DNA of 64,000 nucleotides from Octopus vulgaris (GCA_951406725.2 CATOCA020000001.1:11656001-11720000); one strand, 5' to 3'; numbered from the stretch's first letter, positions 1 to 13,420 are shown. A program made the numbers and translations. Notes: generated by a model from the sequence alone, not told the origin.

Positions 1-449
1 GTCTCTCATAATCTCGCAGAGTTACAATGAAATTTGTTCCAAGTGTGAACATACTTTTCTCACTGAAAATAAATCTAGCATTAAATGCACTAAACATTGT
101 CTTTGTCCAAGAAGAAGACTTTGGTTTCCTGCTGGGACAACCATTGTCTCACTCTCTTCAGGATAAATATTTGCTGCAAGATACAATACAATAAATGACA
201 TCGTCCTCATCATTTATCATCTGATTTCCATCCTCCTATCAATTGGATGGATGGATGGCCACTATCCAAGTCAGTTCTTATTCAGAATTACTATCCACCG
301 TCATTGGTTGAGGAACACATCTCACTGCAACATTCCGACTTTTCCATGGTGGTATGTCTTTCCAAACATCAACCACATTCTACGGGGTCCTGGGGACATT
401 TTATTGTACCAAAAACCCTAGAAAGATTGTTTGGTCTTCAAGAATATTA

Positions 450-1790
450 AACTTCCATTTCTAACTTATGCAAGGAAATATCAGACACATTGGCAGAAGA
501 AACGAGAGTAAACAAATTAGAGAAGAGATCCTTAAAAACCCTAATGAGGTTACTAGGAAACCATTTGCAGATACTAAATATGGTAGGGGAAAATATACTG
601 AAAATGGACTGGACGGCCATATACAGGAGACCTACAGTGACCCAAAGCGAGATCAACCATTCCTACTCGTGGACAGTTTGAAATGACCATCGAAAGCAGT
701 AGTCATATATTTCAGCTTGGTTGATTTCAGCAAGAGGAAAGAGCGCCCCAGAAGGTGTTTGTCTACCATATAAAGACAAAGTGTACAAGTATTGTACGCA
801 ACTATGTTATAAGCTTTGGCTTCCGTTTAGAGTGTTGTAGCATAAAAATGAACTGTTGATGCCTGGTGCAAGGCAGAAGAGTTTAATTAACAAAAGAAGC
901 TAAAGTAAAATTTATTGGTCAATTCAGACCAGTTTCAATCCTGACTGTAGATGACAAGATTTACATGGATTTACTTGCTAAAGGGATCAGCTACATATCT
1001 ACAAAATCATGTCTATAGGACGGGAAATGTCCAGAAGGCTGACATTCCCGGAATTCGTGGATATGTGGAACAAGCATTTTCAATCTGGGATGCATACAAG
1101 ACAGACAGGAGAGTAAAAAGGAGTTGAATGTTGTATGGTTTGATCTGGCTAATGCTTCTGGTTCTGTACCACTCGGTAGATAGCTACAATCAGTTGTTGA
1201 TGAAAGCAATGGACTTCTTTTATATACTGGAAGAAAAGATTATCTGATGAAGAGCTGCTATAACAATTTCAAAATGCAGTTCATGGCAGAAAATTTCACA
1301 ACAGAGTGGGATCGTCTTGAATTTGAAATACCTGTAGGTTGCACAATATCGGTCATTTGAGCTTGTTATGGAGAAGCTACTTAGATCAGCAGATTGATCA
1401 GAAGAAATGGCTCAAGTGAAATCACCTGAGAAGGCATTAATTGATGATATAACAATAATAACAAGAGAGTAAAATGATATACAAATCGTCCTGGATAGAC
1501 TGGATGGACTAATTACTTCGGCAAGAGTGTGGTTTAAAGCTAATAAGTTACGCAGTCTGTCAGTTGTCAAAGGTCATCAGAAGAAGTTCAAAATAGCAGG
1601 TGAAACCATGTCAAAGGTTGAAAAGAAACCTATAAAATGTTTAGGACAATGGTACACTACCTCATTGTCCAATAAGAGTAGAGGCATTGAGATCATGGCA
1701 GAAAGAGAGGGTGGGTTATAAGCAATAGATAAGTGAGGACCTCTCGGAAAATACGAGATTTGCTGCGTCCAGTTTGATCTATATCTCCGT
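450..1790 (+). mobile_element. Degenerate HERO-like (R2 superfamily) non-LTR retrotransposon, RT region
   Basis: Broken frames give HIQETYSDPKRD, QKADIPGIRG, LNVVWFDLANASGSVP, VGCTISVI, IDDITII, FKANKLRSLSVVKG and KPIKCLGQWY, matching HERO-type RT motifs; many stops and frameshifts. Confidence 0.75.
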
Positions 1791-1899
1791 CTTGCGTATA
1801 TATTCTTGAGCATCCGTTCTTGTGTACCATTTCAGATATCTTTTGCCGCCATAACGTGTGGATAATTAGTTATATGAAGTTAATGAGGTTTGTGCAAAT

Positions 1900-3132
1900 G
1901 TAGACTGTAGCGTGTAAAATCTAGCATGCAATAATTTCAACACTTCTTATTAATAACTGCACTTTTTGATTCCACGTAAATTGACAACTGAATGTTCAAA
2001 GAAAACTTGTAATGTGACTAGTAGCGACCTCTTTTGAAAATGAACAAAATATGGCTTCGTGCAGAAAAAGGGTTTATTCCCCAAGGGCGATCATGCTGAC
2101 ACGGTTGCTATATTAGGTGATGACACTCCAACTTTATCAACTGTACAAAAGTGGACAGTGTAATTTAGGAGGCGAACTGAGAGTATTGAAAAGGACCCAA
2201 TGTCTGGACGTCCTGCTACTTTCACCACCGAGGAAAACATTTAACATTTTCACCGCATGGTGACGGATGACGGCTGATTGACTATAAATCAAATAGCCAA
2301 TGGTATTAGCATTTTCGGTGACAGATTTGAGAATATTCTGCACTTGGCATGACAATGGTTTCTGTTTGGTGGGTGCCACCTCTTTTGAGACCTGATGAAA
2401 AGCACACTAGGCTGATCACATTATTCTAAAATCCGACATTGCTTGAAGCAGATTCAGCTGAATTCGTTGAACCTTTCTTAATCCACGATGAGTGTTGGAT
2501 TAAACACTTTGAGCCTCGGACAAAAAGATAATCCATGCAGTAGAAACACACCTATTCACCTGTTCAAACGAAGGCCAACATCGTTTCATCTGCATGGAAA
2601 GGGATAGTCTCAGATTTTTGTGATGCAAAAAGCATTGTATTTATTGACTATTTTCAGAAGGGCTCAACCATCGATGGAGGGTATTATACCATCTTACTGA
2701 ATCAGTTACAAAAGACTATCGAGACCAAATGCCCCGGGAAACTAATGCAAAGAGTTTCGTATCATCAAAACAAGACAATGCCCCAGCACGTACGTCCTTG
2801 CATTCAATGGCTGTTGAGCATGGCCCTGGGTTTGAACTAGTTGATCACCTTCCTTCTTCCCCCGATTTACCCCCTTCTGACTATCATCAACTTTCAAAAA
2901 TACTCGGTTGGGAATCGTCATCGCATTGACGATGTCATCATATCTGCTGTTGCTGACCTTTTTTGAGCAACAGGATGAAAGCTTGTTCACGAATGGGATT
3001 CAAGAACTGAAATACCAACGGAAGGGTTGCGTGGACCTCAAGGGGGAGGGTGTTGAAAAAAAAACCCCTCATTTGCTCACATTCGTTGAGAGTATCTTTG
3101 TCAGACTATGAACTTTTCAGCCGACCATCATA
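1900..3132 (+). mobile_element. Degenerate mariner (Tc1/mariner) DNA transposon
   Basis: Fragments TVQKW..F, DPMSGRP, WVP, DECWI, QDNAP and PSSPDLPPSDY (YSPDLAPSD motif); TIR-like end gaacttttcagccgacc near 3110-3128. Confidence 0.85.
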
Positions 3133-3334
3133 TGTAGGATGCCTTAATAAATAAAAGCGATTTAGGAAGATTAGCTGGATATTAAGCTATTGTATGGTAC
3201 CGTTGTAAAACGTTTGAAAATGTTGGGCAAAACAGTTGCGGTCCCCATTTGGCCATTGATGATACGAATATCTTACGATAATAAAATATCGATTATTAAT
3301 TAAGATTAAGGAATTTTACTAGAAAATGTAAAAC

Positions 3335-3425
3335 ATGGAAGAATTTATTTCAGATACGAAAAAACTGGAGGAGAAGGATCTCCTGAAAGTGGCACGGCAA
3401 TTGGGAAGCAAATGGTGGCAAGCTG
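3335..3425 (+). CDS. Death-domain gene, shared exon (approx. DD helices 1-2): (MEEFIS)DTKKLEEKDLLKVARQLGSKWWQAG
   Basis: Perfect donor G|gtgagt at 3425/3426 (phase 1). Begins either at ATG 3335 (aaacATGG context) or at acceptor tttatttcag|3354. L..VA..LG..W pattern is typical of the DD N-terminus. Confidence 0.8.
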
Positions 3426-4449
3426 GTGAGTAGAAAATAATAATATCTAATTGATTTCTGTAAATGTTACTTTTACTTAAAGCTTTTGTATGTCAGATTG
3501 ACTGAGAACAGGTTCCATTCCTAATTTCCATTTGAAATGTTATATGTAAGATAATTCTATTAAATATATTAATGTAATTTAATGAAAATGGGGTAAAATG
3601 GATAATTAATAATACACAATAGAATCGATTTTGTCTTTGGCAAGAAGTGGACTAAAACAGGTTGTTGTTTAAGGGTAAACAGGTGAGCTAATGACAATGT
3701 TTTTGTTTGTCTTACATTTTTACTAAGTTTACTGCTTGGTATTTGTAAGGAAGGGAAATTAATATCCAGAATAAGTCTTGTTTATTCCACCGTAAGAATT
3801 TGAGGCAGGTTCTTCTTAGGATCATTGTGTAAACAGCAGATAATTTCAGCTCATATAACAAATATTTGACGTCTTAATCACATGGCATATGTCTGTAGAT
3901 GTTTTAACGAAAGACTAACTATAGAAAACTGATTAATCATATCATATTCTCTCTAGCCAAGAAGATAGAATTTTTCTAAGAGAATTTAACAGAGAATGAA
4001 TAGTCACAAGTCAAGCCAAACTGGAGGTGACCTCTCTCACTGAAACTGATATAATTATAACAGAACAGACTCAGGAGAATTGATGGAATCTAGAGTTCAT
4101 TGAGAATTGGTGAGAAGAATTATTTGGACAAGACTCAATTTGGATTGAATTTGACTCAGAATTATCGACTCTTGAAATATAACTGATCATTCGATTTTCA
4201 GTATCGTTTTGGGAATTTTGCAAGGTGATAGACTGCAAAGAGAGGCATTACTTCCATGAACTTTTGAATATCAGATTTGGGCATATTGAGGAGGCGGTTG
4301 ATTCAATATATTCAACCTCATTCACTAAAGGATCATATTGGGACTGAACACAGCATTTCAAAAAACAGGGCCTGGGTTACTCAACCAAGTTGGAATTGAT
4401 GTCCCATCTATAGATTGTCCGGAATAATTGGACATTCTTCGATGGGTGG

Positions 4450-5010
4450 GGGTACATTAGATGCTGTACAAAACAGGAAACAGATTGAGTGAGGTCCATG
4501 TTTCACGTTTAATTTTTGGAGCGGCAAGCAAGTTCCATAGCTTTCTAAAGAAAACAATTGTATCTTTCACACTGTCCATTTATGGTGGGATCATACGCGC
4601 ATGTCTTACTAGAGGCAACAATTTCAATAGGAAGCCATTTTTTACAAATCGTCTGACATGATGCAGCAGCCTGTATTTAAATACACATCGCTGGAATACA
4701 GAATATTGATAGTATACAACAAAGATGGTTGTTGAAATACTAATGTCTGTACATGGACGAACAACAGGACGTCTTCTAGAATATTCATCTACCACAGTAA
4801 AAATATATTCATTATGAGCAGCAGATGAAAGCAAACCAATAAAATGTCAATTAACTCACTGAAATGATCGTGATGCTTATCCTGTCAAACTATATTTCTT
4901 TGAAAATGTCGATGAAGATGTCTTCGTTCGTCAGGATCTACTTTATCAATATAAAAGCCTCAAAGATGAATTCGTCAGTTCTAAGCCACCATTATCTGTA
5001 TATGGACTGT
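4450..5010 (-). mobile_element. Degenerate Ty3/gypsy LTR retrotransposon remnant (integrase region)
   Basis: Minus strand FTVVDEYSR and NGQCERYN integrase-like motifs. Confidence 0.6.
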
Positions 5011-6124
5011 CAACACTATTACACCTTCTAAATTATTTAATAATTTATCAGTTGTTTAGTCAGGTATCTGCCTTCATCTGGAAGACTTCAGATTGTTCCA
5101 AGTGTGACGTTTCTGTCTTTTACTTGGAAGCGTAAGACTGCATCATTAAATGTGTCCTTTTTCAGATGTCACTACTTATCTTGAGTGACATGTCGTGGCC
5201 TCTCCACCTCCCAGTGTTCATCTAGTTGAGGATCACACTTCACTCACCGGTAGATATTCGTGAGTCTTCTTTCCTGCAAACTAAAACTCTTCGTATGTTT
5301 ACATTAAGAACTTTCCATAATCAGCTTCTCTCTAAATTGATGGCCTTGATCCAGTGAAATAAATTATTATTATTATGCGTCATCCAGACAGAATACTTCT
5401 TCTATAATATGTGAGATGTACCTGACAGTATTATATTAATAATCCAAAGAAGGTAAGGCATCGCACAAGACTATTTAAGCATTGGTCATGTTAAACTGCT
5501 ACTTCTCTGCATTGAGTGGTCACAACTCCAGTATTACTGAGATGTGATGAGAATGTCAGAGGAAAGATTCCTCAAACTGTGCCAACAGAGATAGACCCCA
5601 GGGTTAGACCAGCAATGAGATGGTCGGATTATAGTCATCGACTTTGCCGTTTATGCTTGGGAAGCCAACCAAAAAGTCTAATGACAATTGCTTCTGATAG
5701 GACTTTATGGAGGAAGTACTTGAGGGAATATCGTCAGGACCCCGCCAGGAATATTGAGCTGAGAAAATGAATGAGGAGATCAAATGGTTCGTTGGTGGTT
5801 TATGTTGATTCTTTAGGCTCTGATACACGTTTGCCTTTACAAACACTTCTCCTGCAATTTATTCACCATAAATATTCTCAAGTGTAATTTTCGTTCGATC
5901 TTTGAAATTTGTTTCTCCGTCTTCAGCCTTTATTTCAACTTCTCTTATTTTTGTCAACATCCTTAGAAATAGTAAACAGAGTCTTATATTTTTCATGTTT
6001 CTTAACTATTTCTTTAAGTCTCATATTCAGTTTCTTTGTTATATTTATAACAACCTACAGTACACGTCTTTCATATAATTGTTAATTTTTTGGCAATTAT
6101 TTCTTATTCTTATATCTTTTGCAG

Positions 6125-6330
6125 GTATTTTCTTGGACATTAAAACTTCCGAGCTGGACATTATCAAGCGTGACAATAGTAATGACATTGTAGAACAGAG
6201 CTATCAGATGATGTACAAATGGTTCACAAGTTGTGAACCAAAGAAACGTACAGCTGAAACAATAAATGCAGCTCTTGAAGAAGCTGAATGTTATAATGCC
6301 CTTCAATGTCTATCGTTGGACAAAAACTGA
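6125..6330 (+). CDS. Death-domain gene, terminal exon A (approx. DD helices 2-6): GIFLDIKTSELDIIKRDNSNDIVEQSYQMMYKWF...AALEEAECYNALQCLSLDKN*
   Basis: Polypyrimidine tract + gcag acceptor in phase 1, joins exon 3335-3425 in frame; DD signature EQ.YQM...W and final helices. Confidence 0.85.
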
Positions 6331-6589
6331 ATCTCTGTGTAGTTGCTGATCTTATTAAGTCCAAGGTCTACCTTCGCCAACAGATACCCATCATCAAATG
6401 CCTTCCATCCAGGACCATCCTATCTTTATCCAAATTATTGACAACCCATAAGCACATTGTCCAATGTGTCCTTGTTTAAGGTGATAAATTGCGAATCAAA
6501 GAGGATTCAGCTACTAATTGTAGCACGTCTATAGACCACAGAAAAACTCCCTGAATGATTTGGATTTCTTGCTAAGGATTAAGGTTTGA

Positions 6590-6595
6590 AATAAA
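6590..6595 (+). terminator. Polyadenylation signal for DD exon A
   Basis: AATAAA ~260 nt after the stop, followed by a GT-rich (tgt)n element; positionally conserved in the second copy. Confidence 0.6.
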
Positions 6596-6795
6596 GATAA
6601 ACTTTGAAATGTCCATTTGTTGTTGTTGCTGTTGTTGTAAATCTAATCACCTCCCTAAACACTCCCATTGTTATAAGAACAGTTTTAATATCCTCTGGTA
6701 TATTGACAGTTACTTGCCTTCATTTATAGCTGAGAGTAGAATGTCTGGTACAGAAATATTAATGTCCTTCCTCTGTGTGTATCATATAGCGATAT

Positions 6796-6975
6796 ATTTC
6801 TTTATTGCCCACAAGGGGCTAAACATAGAGGGGATAAACAAGAACAGGCAAAAGGAGTAAGTCTATTACATCGACCCCAGTCCGAAACTGGTACTTTATT
6901 TATCGACCCCTAAAGAATGACAGGCAAAGTCGACCTCGGCGGAATTTGAACTCAGAATGTAACGACAGACGAAAT
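6796..6975 (-). mobile_element. tRNA-derived SINE with Meta-like central domain, 5' part missing at the CR1 insertion
   Basis: Reverse complement contains GAGTTCAAATTCC (B box) and GGTCGACTTTGCC..GGGGTCGATAAA; matches the copy at 34140. Confidence 0.8.
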
Positions 6976-6976
6976 G

Positions 6977-8856
6977 TTTAGTTAGTTAGTTAGTTAGTTA
7001 ATTTTTTGGCTCAAAAAGCAAAAAATCAAGGCCATGTAGGAGGACATGGAGTTATGTACAGGGTGGTGTTCATGTAAAGAGTTCGGGCCACTTGTGGTCA
7101 AGGGAGACTTTGAACCGAGCGGTCGTCGGCATCTTCACCATCTCGTCTGGCAGCTTATTCCACGGATCCGCAACACGGACGGAGAAAGTCCCTCTCCTTC
7201 GATTGAGATGAAATCGTCGCAGATAGAGCTTTTCGGAATGACCCCGCAGCCGACGCTCTGGAGCAGGAGTGAAGAACTGCTCTTCGAGAGGTTACACTTT
7301 CCGCTTATGATGTTGTGAGCAAGAATGAGATCACCACGGCGTCGTCGTTTTTCTAGAGAATAAAGGTGGAGCGTCTTCAGCCTTTCTTCATAAGACAAAT
7401 TCTTGAGACCAAGAACGATGCGGGTAGCCAGCTTCTGGACTCTTTCGAGATGCTGTATGTCTTTGAGGAGATAAGGAGAAGAGGCTTGAATCCCGTACTC
7501 CAATATGGACCCCACCAGCGTGACATAGAGCGGTAGGAATATGGCTGCTGTGAGCATTCCGAATGACCGTCGAATCAAGAACAGAATTCCGCGTGCTTTG
7601 TTGGCAGCATGGACGCACTGGGCCGAAGGCGAAAAGGAGGAATCCACCAAGATACCCAGGTACTTTACCTGATCGGTCCTCTCCAGCAGCAGACGACCCG
7701 GCTCGAAATCAAGTTGAGTTGCAGGAGGAGAGCCAACAGGCAGATGACAGGACTTTGACACGTTCAGACACAGGTCCCATTCGTTAGACCGTCTCCAAAT
7801 TTGGTGGAGGCATCGACGAAGATCCTCTATATCACCGCGAAAAGCGACCAGTTTGACATCGTCAGCAAATAGAGGGCAAGTCATTTATGAAGACTAAGAA
7901 CAATAAGGGCCCAAGCACTGAACCTTGAGGCACGCCACTGCTCGCACTGGAGACGTCGGACCGCGAACCATTCACTTGGACTTGGAAGGAGCGATCTGAG
8001 AGGAAGGCAACAACCCATCGTACTATATCCTGATGGAAACTATATGCTTGAAGCTTGACAAGTAATAGGCGGTGGTTTACCGAGTCCTAAGCTTTGGCAA
8101 AGTCCAATAAAACGATGTCAACAGCATCACTATCATCGAGGATGCGCGTCACCAATTCTTCCATTACCAGTAAGTTGGTCAAGCATGATCTCTTCGGCAC
8201 GAAGCCGTGTTGGGAATCAAAGATAGAGGCTGTGTTTTGGAGGTGGAGCAACATACTTTTCTTAAGGATGGTTTCGAACATCTTGCTGATTATTGATGTA
8301 AAGGAAACCGGTCGGTAGTTAAGCGGGTCTTCGCGGCTCCCTTTCTTGAAAATTGGGCAGATTATCGCTGTTCTCCAGTCCGCAGGTATAAAGGTATAAC
8401 ACCCGTCGCCAATGACATATTGAATAGACGTGTTAAGGGCTCGCAGATGACCGGAGCCAACGCTTTGATAACCCGTGGGTGTATGCCGTATGGGCCGTGA
8501 CCCTTGTTGACATCGAGGCCTTGAATAACGCGTTCGACTTCGTCGCGCGTGATGACCAATCTAGGCATTGGAGGTACCGATCTATCAAATGGAGGGGGTT
8601 CACGACCATCATCTTGTTTGAAAATAGTTGAAAAAACCTCGGCAAATAATTGACTCTGTTGATAAGGGGCCTCAAACAATACGCCTGTAGAGTCTACCAA
8701 CGTTGCAAATTGGTTGTTCAAGCGGGAATTCCGTTGGACATGGGCAAATAAGGTTTTTGGATTGCTACTGGCGTTTGCCGCGATTCTGTATTCATATCTG
8801 AAGCGTTCTTCCTTTTCAATTTTCACGGCTCGGTCTCGTTGAGTTTTGTAATGCAT
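6977..8856 (-). mobile_element. 5'-truncated CR1-like LINE (ORF2 RT, disrupted) with (TAAC)n tail
   Basis: ORFs 8362-8856, 8087-8281 and 7135-7884: GPYGIHP, QHGF, LDFAKA, GVPQGSVLGP, FADDVKL, LEKRRRRGDLI; (ttag)n at 6977-6998. Confidence 0.9.
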
Positions 8857-8857
8857 A

Positions 8858-9086
8858 TTTCTGTACTACCCACAAGGGACTAAACACAGAGAGGACAAAC
8901 AAGGACAGACAAACGGATTAAGTCGATTACATCGACCCCAGTATGTAACTGGTACTTAATTCATGGACCCCGAAAGGATGAAAAGCAAAGTCGACCCCAG
9001 TAGAATTTGAACTCAGAATGAAACGGCAGACGAAATACGGCTACGCATTTCACCCGGCGTGCTAACCACTCTGCCAGCTCGCCGCC
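8858..9086 (-). mobile_element. tRNA-derived SINE (Meta-like domain family)
   Basis: Full-length homolog of 34140-34366 in reverse orientation. Confidence 0.85.
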
Positions 9087-9104
9087 TTGTGTATCATATA
9101 GTAA

Positions 9105-9482
9105 TGGATGGATGGAAGCACTCCTTCGGTTACGACGACGAGGGTTCCGGTTGATCCGATCAACGGAACATCCTGCTCGTGAAATTAACGTGTAAGTGGC
9201 TGAGCACTCCACAGACACGTGTACCCTTAACGTAGTTCTCGGGGATATTCAGCGTGACACAGAGAGTGACAAGGCCGGCCATTTGAAATACAGGTACAAC
9301 AGAAACAAGAGTGAGAGAAAGTTGTGGTGAAAGAGTACATAGGGATCACCACCCCCTGCCGGAGCCTCGTGTAGCTTTAGGTGTTTTCGCTCAATAAGCA
9401 CTCACAACGCCCGGTCTGGGAATCGAAACCGCGATCCAATGACCGCGAGTCCGCTGCCCTAACCACTGGGCCATTGCGCCGC
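9105..9482 (-). mobile_element. tRNA-derived SINE, second family
   Basis: Reverse complement begins GGCGCAATGGCCCAGTGGTTAGGGC...GGTTTCGATTCCC (Pol III A/B boxes). Confidence 0.8.
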
Positions 9483-10299
9483 CACCATATAGTAATAGTG
9501 TCTATATGAATATTTCACTTTGTATTGTTGTGGTTGAAGACAGAGTCGGGGTGGTTGCATAAAGAATCAGGTGGTTGGGTGAGCAATTAAGAACTACTTT
9601 TGATTTATATTCTAGCCTTAGGATTATCATTATTTACTAAGTACTGCAGTTAGTTTTTCAGTGAAAACTTTATGATTTTCCATATCAAAATAAATCCAAA
9701 ATTTAAATATGTAATAATAACTGTGCTGAAAAATCCTGTCATATTAAAATAATTACACATTTGTTTTTTTAATTCCATGTGATTTTGGGAAATCCACAGT
9801 GTCTCCCTCTTTTCAGATAACTTCTGATAATGGAAAAGCACTATTTTCCCCCTAAAATATTACCCTTTAAACTGCACGACTTTTATTCCATTTTAATTTG
9901 CAATGAAATATCGAGTTTTTGCATCATGTACTCAGATTAAATAAGTAAAATTTATGAGATGTGGCAGGAAGCTCCGCCGTGCAAAATTTAGTGAAACAAG
10001 AGAGGAAGACTCCTAAGCATTATCCACTCGTTATTGGATTCTTTTGTGATTGGAGTGAATAAAGTTGGTTGATCTGAAATTAAATACAAAAAAATATTTA
10101 AATTACATCAAATTTATTTCAGAAAATGATAAGCAGTTATTAATAGAAATTATTAGTATTAAAACGAATTATTAGGTATCAAAATTAGTACAGAATTGAT
10201 TAGATTTGATTTAATTTCAGCTCATGAGTTGTGGCCATGCTGTGGCACCGCCATTTGGTGTTGCTATGTAATTTCACTTCACTGATTCTTTTTAGAAAG

Positions 10300-11040
10300 T
10301 GACATTTGGTGCATGAGGGAGTTTAATGCCGCAGCCCTCATCTGCACCTCCTACTATGAAGTTGGTTCATATGGAACACTTGACAGTACGGGGCCCAGTT
10401 TCATTTTGCAGATACCTACATACACCCCATGCATGTCTCTCTGGTCATTCGGGAGGATATTGAAGAGATGCGGTCCCTTGAATCCCAGGCTGTTGCAGCA
10501 TCATGTCCTATAACTTGATGGCAAATTTGAAGTCCTTGGCACTATGCAGAGGTGCCCTGTTCTAGTATTTGTGTAACTCTCGATGCTAAAGTTTGGGCAT
10601 GTCTTCCAGATGTACATATGACATATCTTTCTCGCCTACGCTCTAAGGAATTGAGTCTTAATCTCTTGAGTCTTTCCCAGCAACGTATATGTTGCATAAA
10701 GGGTAGCTTCGTGTAGATTTGTTGCATTGCCTCAAGTCCTGAAATGAATGTGACACTGGATGGTGACCATAGCTGAGAGCAATAGTCAAAGTGGCTTAGG
10801 ACAAGTGTCCTCCAGAGGAACATCATGGTTTACTGGTCTCTTGTTCTAAAAGTTCTAAGAATCCATCCAGTCAGTCACCTGCATTTCATTGCCAACTTAG
10901 CAACATGAACATGGTAAGATGCATCATTACTCATGTAAATGCCCAGGTCTCGCACTGACTGTGTCTCTGGCATTGCAATCCCTCCAGGTCCAGTGTATTT
11001 ATTGGGTATTGCATTTAGAATAATGAGAAATGTGTCACGC
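10300..11040 (-). mobile_element. CR1-like LINE 3' fragment
   Basis: VRDLGIYMS, LSHFDYCSQLWSP, LERRRERYVI. Confidence 0.8.
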
Positions 11041-11042
11041 AG

Positions 11043-11881
11043 GTGCGAGCCTACAGAGTTACAGCTTACAGCCATAAAGAAAGGATCAGAGTATACAAAG
11101 GAGCCATGAAGAAATTTGATAATATATTATGTAATGAGAGGAATGGGATTTGCCCACTCTTTAGGAGCAAGCCATGGAATACTATGGAAAGGACAAAGAA
11201 GAGAATAGGGAAGGCCACATCTTGGTATGATAGCTTCAAATACCAGAGTGTCATGTTCGTCGACACCACCCCTAGAGGTGAACTGGTGTACCTATTTAGA
11301 AGGGCCCTAGACAAACTTAAGCTAAGGATTAAGGTTGTTGAAAAGCCAGGCAACACTATCAAATCCATAATCGGTAGAACCTACCCTTTTTAGTTGAACC
11401 CCCTGTACGGATAGGTACTCTGCTGTGTGTAGATTTAGCCCACAAACAAACTGTAGTGTCAGAAATGTAGTCTATAGTATAAGATGTATAGAAGGACGAT
11501 GCAGTAACAAGACAACGACATACGTTGGGGAAACAGCACGAAGCATAGGAGAGCGAATAAATGATATTGGAGAGAACTTAAAGAAGAAAAGAGCTCATCG
11601 GTTCTATACCAACACGCCCAGCAGGAACACGGGGGATCAATCAATAACATAGAAATTAAAATATTGTCCACACATAGAACAGACGCAACAATCAGACAAA
11701 TTACGGAAGCTACACACATAATAGAAGAAAAGCCTAGCCTGAATAGGAAACTAGAATGGAACACTAGCACACACCACAACATATGACAGAAGAGGATCCC
11801 CATAAACTGGTTAAAATATAAACAAAACTGAAAACATAAACTAAAATGAAATACACAGAGAAATTAACATATGGAAGTAAA

Positions 11882-11918
<37 letters not shown>

Positions 11919-11975
11919 ATTATTATTATTATTATTACTAGTATTTTTGTAATACATACATACATACAAGCAAGC

Positions 11976-12021
<46 letters not shown>

Positions 12022-12350
12022 GTGGATGTAAACACATGAACAAAATAAGAATAAACAAAAACAAAAACAAATTACACGGACGTATATAAACAGAAGATAC
12101 AAATATCCCCCCCCGCACACACACTAACTAAACATAGACGCACATAGAGAAATACGCATGAGCAAATGAAGACATACAATAGAAATACAAAATGGCTGAC
12201 GGTTAGTAAGGAGAGACACAAATAAGAAAGAAGACAGCAAAGGACCACTGATGCGGTCACAGGAGTGTGACGAAAGAACTCTGGCCGAAATAAGATTAAG
12301 ATTAATGTAAAAAATAAATAACACTGAAGCAAAGTAACACCAAATATATA
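11043..12350 (+). mobile_element. Penelope-like element 3' fragment with GIY-YIG endonuclease and 3' terminal region
   Basis: C..RNVVYSIRC...C....YVGETARSIGERI (GIY-YIG signature); hammerhead-like motif at 12245-12284. Confidence 0.8.
12245..12284 (+). ncRNA. Degenerate minimal type I hammerhead ribozyme-like motif
   Basis: cca-CTGATGC-g-gtcaca/tgtgac stem-GAAA-gaactc-tgg; one core mismatch (CUGAUGA to CUGAUGC). Confidence 0.55.
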
Positions 12351-12849
12351 GTGCGTGTGTTTGTTTTTTTTTTGGTTAAACTGGCAAAATGACCATTCTG
12401 AAATACAACAAATTCTATTAAATATATTAATGTAATTTAATGAAAATGGGGTTAGCGTCATTGGTAAAATGGATAATTAATAATACACAATAGAATCGAT
12501 TTTGTCTTTGGCAAGATGTGGACTAAAACAGGTTTTGTTTAAGGGTAAACAGGTGAGCTAATGACAATGTTTTTGTTTGTCTTACATTTTTACTAAGTTT
12601 ACTGCTTGGTATTTGCAAGGAAGGGAAATTAATAACCAGAATAAGTCTTGTTTATTCCACCGTAAGAATTTGAGTTAGGTTCTTCTTGAAACAACCATTG
12701 TTCGGACCATTGTGTAAGAAGAAGGTAATTGCAACTCATATCACCATATTAGAATGACGACGTCTTAATCACATGACATACGCCAGCAAAATGGTTGAAT
12801 CATTTTCATATTAAGCAAAGCTCCTAATATTGTATTAACTTTGTGATTG

Positions 12850-13420
12850 AGGAAGTTTCTTTCTCGATTTAAAGATGTTTTAACTCAGAATTCTGCGAGA
12901 TATTTGAGAAAAGAATCAATAGGCCTTCCTCCCTGATTTACTGATGCATCTATTGCAAAACCAGAAGCATCTCTTGCAACACGAATGGGTCAAGTTTCAT
13001 CTTAGCCACAACTACTGAGTCTTCGACATCTTTCTTCAGTTGGTGAAAAGGTTCAAGTCCAGCTTCAGAAAAATGAAATGTACTAGTTTTAATTTTAACC
13101 TAAATATTACATATCCACTTTAAATGATATGAAAAGTGGACATGTTATGGTCAGTTTGTGTCTTCAGGACAATGCTTATGATGTCCCCCTATGACTGTAA
13201 ACCTATTGCTATTAAGTCTCGTTCTTGCAATATATCATATCAAGATTCGTCAAATTACAAGTCCGATATCTCCAGGCAGAAAAGATTATTAAGACTTTTT
13301 CAAGTTGCTGTTTCTACCAAGGAATGCCATAAAAAATGAATGGTTGTTGATTATTCTCAGAAAGAGAATCGATTCACCAAACACGATGTGAATCAACAAC
13401 ATTGAATTTCTGATGAAATC
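12850..13420. mobile_element. Ty3/gypsy remnants (RNase H on minus strand, RT fragment on plus strand)
   Basis: Minus: RDASGFAIDASVNQGGRPI (TDAS..AI.A.L.Q.GRPV motif). Plus: MVVDYSQ..NRFT. Confidence 0.6.
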
